NCBI RefSeq assembly: GCF_009914755.1
Contig: NC_060943.1
Direction: 5' to 3' (one strand)
Length of the DNA stretch: 64,000 nt
Origin: the human T2T-CHM13v2.0 reference genome, Homo sapiens
A model generated the notes under the pieces. It had not been told where the DNA came from, searched no databases, and saw only the letters and a list, made by a program, of their open reading frames with translations. The position numbers and the translations under genes were made by a program. Shown in pieces: positions 1-31,300 of this stretch (positions within the stretch are counted from its first letter, which is position 1; the number at the start of each line of letters is the position of its first letter).

Positions 1-595
1 AGGTTGCAGCAAGCCGATATTGCGCCGCTGCACTCCAGCCTGGGCGACAGAGCGAGACTCTGTCTCAAGACAAAAAAAAAAAAAAAAAAAAAAATCCTGG
101 GCTACTTTCGCCCCACCTGCTCCGACCTCTCCCGGTCCAGCCAGCCCCATCACCTCCTGCCTGGTGGTGCGGTGAATGGCTTCGGTCCTGGTCCACCAGC
201 TCTGCCCTTACCCCTACGGTCAGTTCTCCGCACAGAGGCCAGGGGGCGCCCGTGAGCACCCAAATCAGGTCACCTCCTTTCTCTACGGAGGACCTCCCCC
301 CAGGAGGCCATGAGCCCCCAAAGAACCTGCCCCTGTGAGCCAAAGTGTTTTTTATTTTCAGGTGTCACGCCTGGCTACATTGATGTCCAGCATAATATTC
401 CTGGGGAACGTTGGGGCCCCATGAAGGCAAACAACCCAGGTCCCAGCTCTGTCTTCCTGGTAAAAGCAAATCAGGCCTTGTCCCTCCTAACTCTCAATTT
501 CTCTTCCAACTCAGGAATGCAGGGCCTGGCCTGTCTCATTCCTAGACACGCCCTGCCCTGCTCTCTCCTGTTCTCTCGATTCCAGTCACACCAGG

Positions 596-597
<2 letters not shown>

Positions 598-635
<38 letters not shown>

Positions 636-638
636 TGT
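598..638 (+). repeat. (GT)n microsatellite
   Basis: about 16 perfect TG units plus a degenerate tail. Confidence 0.95.
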
Positions 639-819
639 GGATGGCCCTGTGGGGGAGTGGTTCCCAGATCTCCAGCCTAGGGGCCTCTTCCCCGGGCCTT
701 GGCTCCAGGAGCCCCTCCCTGCGCCCTAACAAGCTCCTGTCCCTTGGCCTGTGTGTCCAGGGCCTGCCAGGCGTCTTCCCCTCCACGCTGCGGGCTATGG
801 GAAGTGGCTCGGTCAGTTT

Positions 820-1856
<1,037 letters not shown>

Positions 1857-1976
1857 CTATGCCAGATGGCCAAGTTTTCTGCTTGGCGCATCTCCTGAGC
1901 CTAGCACTGAGGTGTCCCTCAGGAACTGTGCCCATAGACTAGTCTACAGATTGTGAAGTAGAAACAGGTCCCCCAT

Positions 1977-5217
<3,241 letters not shown>

Positions 5218-5694
5218 TCAAACTGGGACTCAAATCCGGAAGCAAGAACGATGTGAGAGGAGTCAGGGGTCGCCAAACACTAATTTAGATCTTCACACCC
5301 AGCTGGGTGGACCTGCCAGAATAAAGGTGGGGAATAGCACAGGAATGAGGAAGCTCTTTATGTTCACAGCATCTTGTGTGAGAAAAAAAAAAAAAAAAAA
5401 AGCGGAGTGTACAGTATGTACTCCTTGTGTAAAAAAAGAAAAATGTATTCCCCGCAGCATCTCAGGAAAGGCGCAGGAGAGACGGGGAACATTCGTATCC
5501 AGTTCGGGGGTGTGGAATCGGATGGTAGGGTGGGAGGGAGGACTTTCACTCTCTGTATCCTTTCCAGTGTTGTATTGTGATTACACAGTCAAAAAATAAA
5601 ACTGAAAATTTAGAAATTGTGTTTATGCTTATGTAAGCACAGACTCATCTCTTGGAGGAAGCACAAAAATGGTTTTTTTAAAAAAGGAAAAAAA

Positions 5695-7480
<1,786 letters not shown>

Positions 7481-7999
7481 GCCCAAGACTTTGGGAAAAG
7501 TTTGCATGTGGGTGCACCAGATATCCGGCCAAGATAGACAAGCCAAGTAGTGGCCTTTGAGCAAAAAAATGCATGTGTGAAAGGTCTTTGGGCCCTTTTA
7601 CCACCAAGATTTTCCCCTCAAAATCCCACCGTCCCACTCCTCACACTGCTACCCGGTAGGTTGCTTGGCCGTGTTTTTTGTGAAGTTCCCAGAATTGTAT
7701 ATACCTCAAGGCTTCGTGCACCTTTATGTTTGTGACACTTCAGTATGAAGTTCACAGGGACTTGGTGTATAATGGAGACTTGGGGGTGGGGATGGCAGCC
7801 CTGGGATTTGTGTCACCAATGAGGTCAGGTCAGTTCCGCAATAAATGTGACCTTGGCGTGTGGGATACTTTGGTAAACATCTCTTAGCTCTTGATATTCC
7901 AGGGTCACCTCCTGATTGGGCTGGCGTCTCCTGGCTTAATGTGGCTGCTCTTCAAAGTCACCCCTGCAATGTCTTTAGGGAAAAGCCCTCTAGACTTGA

Positions 8000-8160
8000 C
8001 TTGTCCAACAGTTGCCACTGGCCACATACATGTGTGGCTGCTAAGCAACTGAAGTGTGGCAGGACTGAGGAACTAATTCTAATTTTATTGAATTTGTAAG
8101 ATGTTTAAATAAACGGTATATAGAACGTTCTAGTCATTGCAGAAAGTTCTCCTGGACTGG
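8000..8160. mobile_element. MER3/MER33-like hAT DNA transposon fragment
   Basis: TAGAAC...TCATTGCAGAAAGTTCT terminus and AACTGAAGTGTGGC..GACTGAGGAACT core. Confidence 0.6.
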
Positions 8161-8234
8161 CAGGGCTGCCCCTAGCCTGTTTTCAGCGCTTCAACTGTTT
8201 CAGTGGGAAGGGAAAGCAACTCTTAGCTTGACAC

Positions 8235-8840
8235 TTTTTTGTGAGACACAGCCTCGCTCTGTCACCCAGGCTGGAGTGCAGTGGTGGGATCTTTGCTCAC
8301 TGCAACCTCTGCCTCCCATGTTCAAGTGATTCTCCTGCCTCAGCCTCCTGAGTAAATGGGACTACAGGTACGTGCACCACGCCTGGCTTTTTGTTTTAAT
8401 AGAGACGGGGTTTCACCATGTTGGCCAGGCTGGTCTGAAACTCCTGACCTCAGGTGATCTGCCCGCCTTGGCCTCCCAAAGTGCTGGGATTACAGGTGTG
8501 AGCCACTGCGTCTGGCCCAGTTTGACTTTTGGATACTGTGTTTTAGTTTTTTTTTCTTGATACAGGGTCTCACTTTGTCACCCAGGTTGGAGTGCAGTGG
8601 CACAAACACAGCTTGCTACTGCCTCCACCTCTTGGGCTCAATTGATCCTCCTGCCTCAGTCCCATAAATAGCTGGCCCTACAGGTGTACGCTGCATTCTC
8701 CGGCTGAATTTTTAAATTTTGTAGAGATGGGGTTTCACAATGTTGTCTAGGCTGGTCTCAAACTCCTGAGCTCAAGGGATCTACCCACCTTGGCCTCCCA
8801 AAGTACTGGGATTACATGCCTGAGCCACTGCTCCTGGTCT
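8235..8840 (-). mobile_element. Two antisense Alus
   Basis: Alu consensus, reverse orientation. Confidence 0.9.
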
Positions 8841-9475
8841 ATATACAGTGTTTCCACTTTAGAACATTTTGTAACAAAGCAGCAATACATTGTTTTAAGC
8901 CTGAGCAATTACTTTATAATAAAACCAGTTATTTTAAAGAAAGTTACAAAGTAAAAGCAGCTTTAGTAGCCTGCAAATAAAGCCAAGGCAAGAAATGGGT
9001 CCTCTCTACAGTGGGGCTAGTCCTGGGCAGGACCTTGAGCTCCGGTTTGGCCAGCCTTCAGGACGTCCAGCCCGTTCTAGCAGGGAAGGAGTGATAAGGA
9101 ATTAAGAGGCCAGACCCTGGGTTGGCCCCTTGGCCCCAGAGCCAAGGTCTGCTGAAAAAGCCAGGGACCCTGAAGAAAGGCAGAATTAGGAGCCAGACCC
9201 TGCCTCTCCCCACCGCTACTTTGACTCCAACCTTCATCAAAAAATGATCCCCAAGGCCACTGTGCTTGGGTCTCTGGTTTTTTGGACCCCGAGTCTGGGT
9301 AGAAGTTCTCCAACCCACTTATGGCTGAGGAAGGGAGACTTATGTTTCCCTTGCAGGGCACTTGCCTCCTGCCCATCCCACCCTCTCACCTTGATTGAAT
9401 TTGGAAGGATGCCCAGCTCCCCACTCCACCCCCAAAACCAGCAGAACCCTCAAACAGAGTCACAGGACCGCTCCC

Positions 9476-10647
9476 CTGAGGTTTAGCATCAGTCTTTAAT
9501 GCTGTCGCACTTCATTGACTAGTCACACACTTTGGTCTCATGTTGGCAGTGGCAACTTACAATGAGTCTAAAGGTCTGAGCACTGGACTGGCCTCCAGGG
9601 AACAGACATTTGTTCCAACTCCCCTTCCCTCCCCAAGATTTCTTCAGAATTCCATTATGGCCCTATACAGAGAGCACTGGCTGCCAGGGACAGGTTTTGA
9701 GTGTACACCAACTATACATGGAATTATAAAAACATATTTACAGACGTTCCACAGTGCTCCTGTAATCAGAAGCAAAGACCCTTTTATCAAAAGGGATTGT
9801 ATCTAGGGCTGTGCAAAATTCAAAAGGATCAGATCCCTTTGAAAGAGTCCATAGTCCATGAAACAAAAAATTACCTGGGCCACTGGTAAGCCCCACGTGT
9901 GCCAAGATTGCCTTACAGAAATGTAAAGAGTGTGACCCACAAAGTGAGGACATTCAGCTTCACTGGAGCCAGAGGTCAGGAAGGCCCCTTGCTGAGGCCA
10001 GGCTCCCAGACCATCAAGGGAGAGGTGGCTGCACTTGCTGGAGTCACTCACTGGAGGCTGGCTCCCTTGGTCCTGCTGGAACGAGAGGTATTGCTTGTGG
10101 ACGCCAACCAGGCAGTTCTGCAGGAATAGTTTAGGTTCTCAATTTGAGATGGCCAAAGAGAAGACAGAATTCTCCAGGAGAAGAGCAAGACATGGGAGAC
10201 AAATACAGAATAAAGCACAAACTGATCACACAACAGAAAAGGAGGAGTGTACAGGGTCTGGGAATCAAGACTGCAGGTTGACATTATCTACCAGCCAGAA
10301 GCAAAAAGACACAGAGGGATCAAGTCCAGCTGCTGGTCTGCCTCTCACCCCTGGCCAGGGACTGGAGGTGGATGTGGGCCCATCCCGGGAGGGCTGCCAG
10401 ACCCAGTGGGGCAGACTGGAATGCCTTTTCCTGCTGTTCCCACCACCTGATGCCCTATAGCTCGAAAAACCACTGAAGTCTAGTGTGCGACTTTGAAAGA
10501 TTGTAATATATGCTCTGGAAAACATTCAGCAGTACGAAAGCCCTCCCTGGGCCCTCCCACCCTCTCATGGTCCACAACTGGTAGAAAGGTCCAGAAATCC
10601 TTGAGCTCTGGAAAGGTCCCTGGTCAGTCCTTGGGGAGCTCAGATAG
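9476..10647 (-). other. DNAJB1: DNAJB1 3' UTR (~1.17 kb)
   Basis: repeat-free sequence from stop to ATTAAA signal; exact cleavage site approximate. Confidence 0.8.
9495..9500 (-). terminator. DNAJB1 polyadenylation signal ATTAAA
   Basis: plus-strand tttaat at 9495-9500, downstream of the stop on the minus strand. Confidence 0.8.
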
Positions 10648-10878
10648 CTATATTGGAAGAACCTGCTCAAGTACGGTTCTTGATGTCTGGGGAATCCTTT
10701 CGGGGAAGATCACTTCAAACTCAATAATGAGGTCCCCACGTTTCTCGGGTGTTTTGGGGAGGGGGAGGCCTTCTCCAGGAACTTTTCGCCGCATGCCAGG
10801 CCTGATAACATCTTTGAATACGACGGGTATCGTCCTGCCGTCCAGAGTGGGGACGTTCACTGTGCAGCCACACAGAGC
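10648..10878 (-). CDS. DNAJB1: DNAJB1 coding exon 3 to stop codon
   Basis: acceptor ttttcaag|GCT, ALCGCTVNVP...LEQVLPI-TAG; 231 nt; 211+581+231=1023 nt = 340 aa + stop. Confidence 0.99.
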   Translation of the reverse strand, partial: ALCGCTVNVPTLDGRTIPVVFKDVIRPGMRRKVPGEGLPLPKTPEKRGDLIIEFEVIFPERIPQTSRTVLEQVLPI

Positions 10879-11173
10879 CTTGAAAAGCAAAAGGACAGCA
10901 TTAGATGGAAGCTGGCTCAAGAGGCTCAGCTCTTGCCCAGAGGCCATCTGCCATAGATAAGACCCATCAGGCCTCTGCAGCTAAGACCTGGCCCCCAAAT
11001 CTACACGTCCCCACCACGAAAGCTCCACAACAGCGCCCTGGTCAGTCCTGTTCACTGTTGTGCCCCAAGCCTGGCACGCACCACACACCCCAACACATTG
11101 GTTCAGCAAACACTAAACTGCTTCAAAAAGCAGCCATCGCCCTCTACAGACACCGCCCCACCTGGCACCTTAC

Positions 11174-11754
11174 CTCCCGGAGGCTGATCCTGGCAGGATA
11201 AATGACATCAGAGCCATCTCTCTTAAAGATATTGTGGGGCTTGTCCTTTAAAACAAAGACGATATCAGCTGGAATGTTGTTGGAGGTCTGGTCTCCTTCC
11301 TTGGGGAAAGTGATTTTGGTTCCTTCTTTCCACCCCTTCTTCACTTCGATGGTCAATATTTTGTCTTCGTTTCGAATGCTCTTTCCGTCGGGGTTTAGCC
11401 GCTTGTGGGAGATTTTCATCTTCTTGGTACAGCCGCTGTAGATCTCTTCAAGGGAGACTCGAAGGTCGTGGGTGACTGGGGGATCTTGCTTCTTTCGGGC
11501 GGGCTCTTGGGCAGAGCGGGAGCGGCCAAAGTTCACGTTGGTGAAGCCACCCATGCCCATAGGGAAGCCAGAGAATGGGTCATCAATGTCCATGCCTTCC
11601 TCCCCGTTCCGCTGCCCAAAAAAGGTGTCAAAGGGATTTCTGCCACCGAAGAACTCAGCAAACATGGCATGAGGGTCTCCATGGAATGTGTAGCTGAAAG
11701 AGGTACCATTGGCACCACCGCCGCTACCGCCACTGGGGCCACTCCCCTTTAGGC
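11174..11754 (-). CDS. DNAJB1: DNAJB1 coding exon 2, G/F-rich region and C-terminal substrate-binding domain I
   Basis: acceptor ttttcag|G, GLKGSGPSGGSGGG...FAEFFGGRNPF...ISLRE, donor GAG|gtaagg; 581 nt. Confidence 0.99.
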
Positions 11755-12846
11755 CTGAAAAGCAGATTTAGAAGCAGTCAGATGGCTGAACAGCAGACTC
11801 TCTCTCGAGCTTCCCTTACAGGGGGAAACAGCTTGGAAGCCATGGGGGAGGAACTTTTTTGTCTGTCAGGGGAGAGCAAGGAAGAACCCCAAGTTTCTAC
11901 CTCTCACTGCCAACAGCAGAGACGCCCCCCTACCAACAGTATTTCCGCGTAGCCTGACAGTGGAAAAGGACTCATGCGGTTAGGTGTTCACCTCCAGGTG
12001 CCACCTAGGCCCTGCCACTCCTGGACTGACCCATCCTCCTGGCAACATCACCAAGAGATGGCTAAAGACACATGGTCCAGGGTCGGCTTTCGGTAAGTGT
12101 TTACTCTCAACGTTTTAGGGCTAATGGTGCGTAGGAAGAGAAGAAAAAAAAAAAAATAAATAAATAGGGAGTTTTTAAATCCTCACACATTAGCATTCAC
12201 TGCCACCATCCTTGCACAAAAAGTCAGCTCCAGATCAAGCCCAGAAGCCAGCCTGAATCATCAACGGGCACAGGAACAAAAAGCCCTGCTCTCCTTACCC
12301 TCCGAGGCGGCCCCGCTCTCCGGACCTGGGCGGCCGCTGCCTCCTGCGTGCCCTGCCGGGGCCAGGTCATCACTTCCCGGGAATTATCCCAACCCAGCCC
12401 CCAAGCCCACGAACGGGGTCGGCTCCTGCATTCACAGCCCCTCGCCCCGCAGCTGAGCCGGAGGCGCCGCCCCGCGGACCCCGGCGGCCGAGCCCAGGTG
12501 AGCCCGGGTCCGCAGCGGGCTCCGCCGCGCCGTCCCCGTCGTCACCCCCGGCTCCCCCACCCCCATGCACCGCACCCCGGGGCTGCTCGGGGCCGCGGGA
12601 GGAGGCGCCCGGGGAGGGGCAGCCCCAGACATGCTAGAAGCTTCTGGCCGAGCGGCTGGGCCAAGGCTCCTCCTCCCACCGCGCGGCCGCCAATCCGAGG
12701 GCGGAGGCCCGCGAGGCCGGAGGGCGGGGCAGCTCGGCCCCACGGCCCGGGGCGTCCTTCCCGGGGGGCCGCCGAGAGGGGCCAGCGTGCCTCAGTTTCC
12801 CTGTCTGTCAAAAGGCGGGGCCGCGCCCCTGGCCGCGAGCACACAC

Positions 12847-13057
12847 CTTCCTCCCCGTAGCGGTCGAAGATCTCGCGCTTGCGCGGGTCGCTGAGCACGT
12901 CGTAGGCCTCAGCGATCTCCTTGAACTTCTCCTCGGCGCCGGGCTCCTTGTTCTTGTCCGGGTGGTAGCGCAGCGCCTGGCGGCGGTAGGCCCGCTTGAT
13001 CTCCTCGTCCGACGCGCCGCGGGCCAGGCCCAACGTCTGGTAGTAGTCTTTACCCAT
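12847..13057 (-). CDS. DNAJB1: DNAJB1 (Hsp40/Hdj1) coding exon 1, J-domain
   Basis: ATG at 13057, [10 protein letters not shown]...YHPDKN (HPD motif)...DRYGEE; donor GAAG|gtgtgt at 12846; 211 nt. Confidence 0.99.
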
Positions 13058-13125
13058 GACCCCCTCTTGCGGCCCGCCGACCCGCTGTCGCCGTCCCCCG
13101 GCTCCGCCGCCGACCAGTCCCGGAC

Positions 13126-13133
13126 TCTATATA
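13126..13133 (-). promoter_or_regulatory. DNAJB1 TATA box (TATATAGA)
   Basis: ~70 nt upstream of the ATG inside a CpG island, directly below the HSE array. Confidence 0.85.
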
Positions 13134-13143
13134 CCCGTCCGGC

Positions 13144-13183
13144 GGAAGCTTCCAGAGCCCGCCAGCCCCCTCCAGAACCTTCC
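13144..13183. promoter_or_regulatory. Heat-shock element array (HSF1)
   Basis: in-register 5-bp units gGAAg cTTCc aGAGc ..... ..... cCTCc aGAAc cTTCc. Confidence 0.9.
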
Positions 13184-13658
13184 GCCCCGCCCCCCCCCGC
13201 GGCGCCGGCCAATCGCCGCCGCCCTTTCAGCGACACGCGACATCCGGGGCGGGGCCTCGCCGTCAACGGCCGCCCGCGCGGGGCCACGCCCCCTCCCGCT
13301 CCGCCCTCGGCAACACCTCCCCGCGGCGCGCGCGCACAGGTCGGAGGAGGCCCCGCCCACCTTTCGGGACGAGCCAATCGCGACCTTCTTTCCCTCTCTA
13401 CGCGGCCCCAGCTACCCTGCGTCCCGCCCTCCGCCTGGGTCAGTAAGTCGGGACCCACAGCGAACTTGCTGTTCCAGGAAGGGGTGGGGCCTGGGACTAC
13501 CCAGTCCTTTCCCCGGGAGGCGATGAACCTGCTCGCCCTTGTCTCGTGGGGCCTGCGGTGGGCTCCCGCCCGGTGACGCCGGACGAACTACCTAACCTGT
13601 GTCTGCCTAACCCAGGGGCCCCCTTCTATCTACAACATGGCAATAAGAGAACCTATCA

Positions 13659-14105
<447 letters not shown>

Positions 14106-14714
14106 AAAATGAACAAAAAACCCACCAGCGCTATTCTCCCAACCGTGGGGAGAAGGATTTTGGGACGGAAGACTGCCTCTGTTCTCACCTCCTAAAGCAA
14201 GGTGAGGATCTGGACGGAAGCGCATCTCCCAAGGTCCTCCCAGTCCCGCCTTCTTCCCTTTACTGCCCTCTCAAGATCACTTGCCGCTAAATTTGAAATT
14301 TATCTTGTCTCTTGGCTTTCAATGTGTCTTCCCTCCCAGTCTGACATCGCCACCTGGGCAGGGGCCAGGTCTTGTCTGCACTGGGTCCCCAGTGCCTGGA
14401 ACGCAGTGAGAACCTCATAAATATTCCCCGTTCTTACACACGTGCTTCTTTTTCTTCCCCAACTACCTTTATAATTTGGGGGGACATAGGTGTGTCACAC
14501 ACCTTTCAAGGCCTCTGTTTCCTCAATTGTAGGCAACACGATCGCGTTTGGCTCTGAAAGTCTGGGGTGCCTCTGTCAAGGACAGAGCTGATGGGAAAAG
14601 GAGGCTCAGAAAGGGGTTCCACCTGGGAAGGGCCCAGGGAAGTGGGGGAGGTTCCTGGAAGAACTGCCTGGGAGGTCAGAGCCATGTAACACTGGCTCTG
14701 GAACCAGACAGCTG

Positions 14715-14900
14715 GGCTTCATTCCCAGCTCCAGCATTTCCCGGCTGGGTAACCTTGGGTTAGTTACTAGGCCTTTGCTGGCCTTAGCTTCCTCATCTGC
14801 ACAATGAGGAATGAGGATAGCAGTTGTGCCCACATCATGAGGGCTTTGAAGTTTATATGAGTCAACATTTGCAAAGTGCTCAGAGCAGGCATGGCACAAA
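14715..14900 (+). mobile_element. MIR
   Basis: core GCCTTAGCTTCCTCATCTGCACAATGAGG. Confidence 0.7.
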
Positions 14901-15044
14901 GGAAGCATTGTCAAAGGGGTGACTAACCATTTTCTTAGTGGTGGGCTCTTCAGCCATCACCTCATTCCTGGCAGCTAAAAGATTCCAGTGACAGCTGCCC
15001 CTGGGCAGACAGGGACTCCTGAAGAAGAAGACCATCCTCCTGCC

Positions 15045-20560
<5,516 letters not shown>

Positions 20561-21632
20561 GAGAAAAACCAAACAACCCAGGCAAGACAGGATAGGGCTT
20601 GGGAAACCTCTCTCTGGGATTCCTGACACAGCAGAAACTTGCTAACGAGCCCTGGCTTGTCTAGTCCCAGCTTCACCTCCCCTCACACACCCAGCGAGCC
20701 AGCTCATTCATACACAACCCAAACCAGCCAAGCCAGGTTCTGGAAAAAGTCAAGATCCGACCTGATCTGCCCATGGGAAATACAAAAGGAGCTTGTGAGA
20801 CACGACATTACCAAACACATCACATCTCTGGCATTCAAATGGTCTCGGGTTCCCCCCAAACCTGAGGTCCAGAAAAGCTCATCCTTGGAAGCTGCCGCAG
20901 CTTAGGCCGTCTCTTGCAGTTTCTCCCTTGGAAATTACTTTAATAAAGGAGCTAGTTACCATCAGCTCAACAACGACCCAACAGATCTACCAGTCACCAT
21001 TGTGAATCAGCCACTGCTGGGACTGTGAAGGGACCAGCAGGATCTAGCTGTCCCTACAGACAGGCACTGTCAGGGGGCCACAGTACAGTGTCCTCAGTGG
21101 CTTGAACAAAGTGGCCAGTCTTCATTCCAAGGGTGGGTTTCATTTCTGCTGACAGCCTGGTTACCGGAAGCCAGATGGGCAAACAAGGGGTTCCTCAAGC
21201 CTGCAACACCCCTCAAAAACAAAGAGGAATTCTACTTTGGAGGCTGGATCTTGCCTTTCTGCCAGCTTCTTATGGGTGAGGAGGGGGTGGAAATTATTTG
21301 TATGTTCCGGTTGACACGCAGCATAGTAGGTGCATGAGGATGATTTGGTGCCTGTTGAGTAAGTGTGGGGCTCAGAAAAGCAGTCTCAAAAGGGAATTTC
21401 CAAAACGTTCTGAGTTTATGGGAATATGTATGGAATCTCTTCAAAATGACACCTACTTGTACACCATCATGCCCTATCTAACTGCAACCCAGAGATGGAA
21501 GACTCACCTCTTCAGATCACATTAAATAAGTTGAAAATTTGCATAACTGGTGAAGGAGCAACACATGGATGGGTCTTAGGGTTTCAACCCTATCCCCATG
21601 GCCCCTCACAATCAAGTACCTCAGGTAACTCA

Positions 21633-23695
<2,063 letters not shown>

Positions 23696-24038
23696 TGGGG
23701 CGGGGCTTTCATTAAAAACGGCAGTGAAGCCACCCCAGAATGGGGCTGGGGCTCAAGGTTCTTGCAGGTTGGGGGTTCCCAAATGGGGAGCTTTTCGCGA
23801 CTCCGTTTCGCCTTTCCTTCCCTCCCACTCAAGAGTCTCCTCCCATAGTGACCTCCTCGCCATCCAGACTCCGCAGCCCGCGACCCCAGCCCCTAGCCCT
23901 CTCCTGCTGTTCCCGGTGTACCCCGGGGGCCGCCCACCTCAGAATTTACCCCTTCGGCGCCGCCTGTCATGTGGATGCTGCCTTGCCTGTCACTCAACTT
24001 CTTACCCCGCCCCCGCGTCTGGCCTAACCGTCGCTTAC

Positions 24039-24110
24039 CTTGGTTTCCACAGCGACGCCATCAGGGGGCGTGGCAAAGGGACGCGCGGGGCAGAGACCTC
24101 CTTTGGATTG
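24039..24110 (-). other. DNAJB1: Putative non-coding first exon of a long DNAJB1 transcript, divergent from TECR (5' end approximate)
   Basis: donor AAG|gtaagc at 24038; YY1-like GATGGCG oriented on the minus strand; within the TECR CpG island. Confidence 0.55.
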
Positions 24111-24270
24111 GTGGATGGTCAAGCCCCTTCTCTTTAGCCCCTCCTACAGGCGTTCCGCCCCCTTCGATTGGTCTCGCAAGTTGATTGGTCAATCCCCTGG
24201 TGCTAGTCCTAGTCTTGGTTCGGACCGGCCCCAAGGAGCAGGGGCGAACGTGGGCGCCTCGTGCCCTGAT

Positions 24271-24368
24271 TGGCCGACGGGGCGCGCGCGGCCTGGAGGG
24301 GCGGGGCGGACGCAGAGCCGCGTTTAGTCTATCGCTGCGGTTGCGAGCGCTGTAGGGAGCCTGTGCTG
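24271..24368 (+). ncRNA. MIR639: hsa-mir-639 annotated hairpin (mature ATCGCTGCGGTTGCGAGCGCTGT at 24331-24353)
   Basis: matches the recalled 98-nt precursor sequence; overlaps the TECR TSS/5' UTR, so bona fide miRNA status is doubtful. Confidence 0.75.
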
Positions 24369-24424
24369 TGCCGCGCAGTTAGGCAGCAGCAGCCGCGGAG
24401 CAGTAGCCGCCGTGGGAGGGAGCC

Positions 24425-24439
24425 ATGAAGCATTACGAG
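24425..24439 (+). CDS. TECR: TECR coding exon 1 (MKHYE)
   Basis: gccATGAAGCATTACGAG|gtaaga. Confidence 0.97.
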
Positions 24440-25489
24440 GTAAGAAGCGAGAAACAGGGGCCGTGTGGCCACTGCTGACCCATTCTTTTTCCTTCTTTGC
24501 GGGACCACGGGACCCCACTTTCTGGTCCTGTGCCCCGAAGGAAGAGCCAGACGGCGCAGGCGCAGTGGGCAAGCGTTGCGCCCCGGGCCACTCGTAAATT
24601 CCAATGCGCATGTGCGCAGGAAGTATTTATAAATCTGCAACCCAGGCTGTTTTGGGGGTACTTTTTCTTGGGGGTCTCTGCAGGGGCTGGGACGCTTGCA
24701 GGTTCCTTGCAGCTCCCCCAGCGGGCTGAGTTGCAGACTTTGTCATGGGAGCCACGAAGGTGCGGGACCCTTGCTCCCAATCCGAGGGAGTCTTGCACAA
24801 ATCTTGCGCCACGCCGCCGTCACCAGCGTAGGAAGGGGCTTTGCTATCAGTATTCTTGTGTACGACCTTTGGACCCCTTCCCTCGCCCGGGACGTTCCCG
24901 GGAGACTTAGGCGGTGAGGGAGGTGCAGCTCCACGGCTGGCTTTCGCAGAGCGGCGAAGCTGATCTTGCCTTCTGGTTATCAAAGAGGTCATCTACGTCA
25001 ACCCTTGGGTGTCACCAAGGAGAAATCTTATACCCACCCACAGCCACTCTTGAAGCCCAAGTCTTCTGACTCCTAACTTGGGTCTCTTTTTCCCTTAAAA
25101 CGAAGTCTTCTGATGTGCTTATCGCCCTAGGTGATAATATAATATTAATAATTCAACCAATTATCCCTGAATTATTGCTGACTTTTAAGTAACTATCATC
25201 AAATAATAAAATTTGTTATTAAAATTCAAAATAACAATTTAGCAAGTGCTTACTCTTGTGCTGGTGAGATTCTGTTACCTTGTATAAGAACTATTATTAT
25301 TCCTGTTTGTAAGGATGAATAAAGTCTCAGAGATATAAAGTGACTTGTTCAAAGGCCCCTAGTTAGTAAATGCAAAACAGATAGGGGAACTCAGGACGCC
25401 AAGGTCTTAGTTCCTAGCCACTATGCCATGCTGGTCCTCAAATGAAAAATAGCAGGTCGAGCGATTTCTTGTTTCTCACTTCCCCTCCA

Positions 25490-31300
<5,811 letters not shown>

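Larger units (their letters stand above)
12300..13600. promoter_or_regulatory. DNAJB1 CpG island with CCAAT boxes (13209, 13374, 12690), GC boxes and an intronic HSE-like aGAAgcTTCt (12636-12645)
   Basis: very high GC and CpG density; motifs read directly. Confidence 0.9.
23790..24960. promoter_or_regulatory. TECR (bidirectional) CpG-island promoter
   Basis: four ATTGG (NF-Y) boxes at 24107, 24167, 24184, 24269; GC boxes; NRF1-like GCGCAGGCGCA (~24554) and TGCGCATGTGCGCA (24605); ETS-like CAGGAAGT (24617). Confidence 0.9.

Noticed and set aside
12348-13576. Long overlapping Pro/Arg/Gly-rich ORFs on both strands around DNAJB1 exon 1
   Set aside because: Stop-codon scarcity in a CpG island; only 12847-13057 is coding, and the 171-aa ORF is exon 1 plus intron read-through
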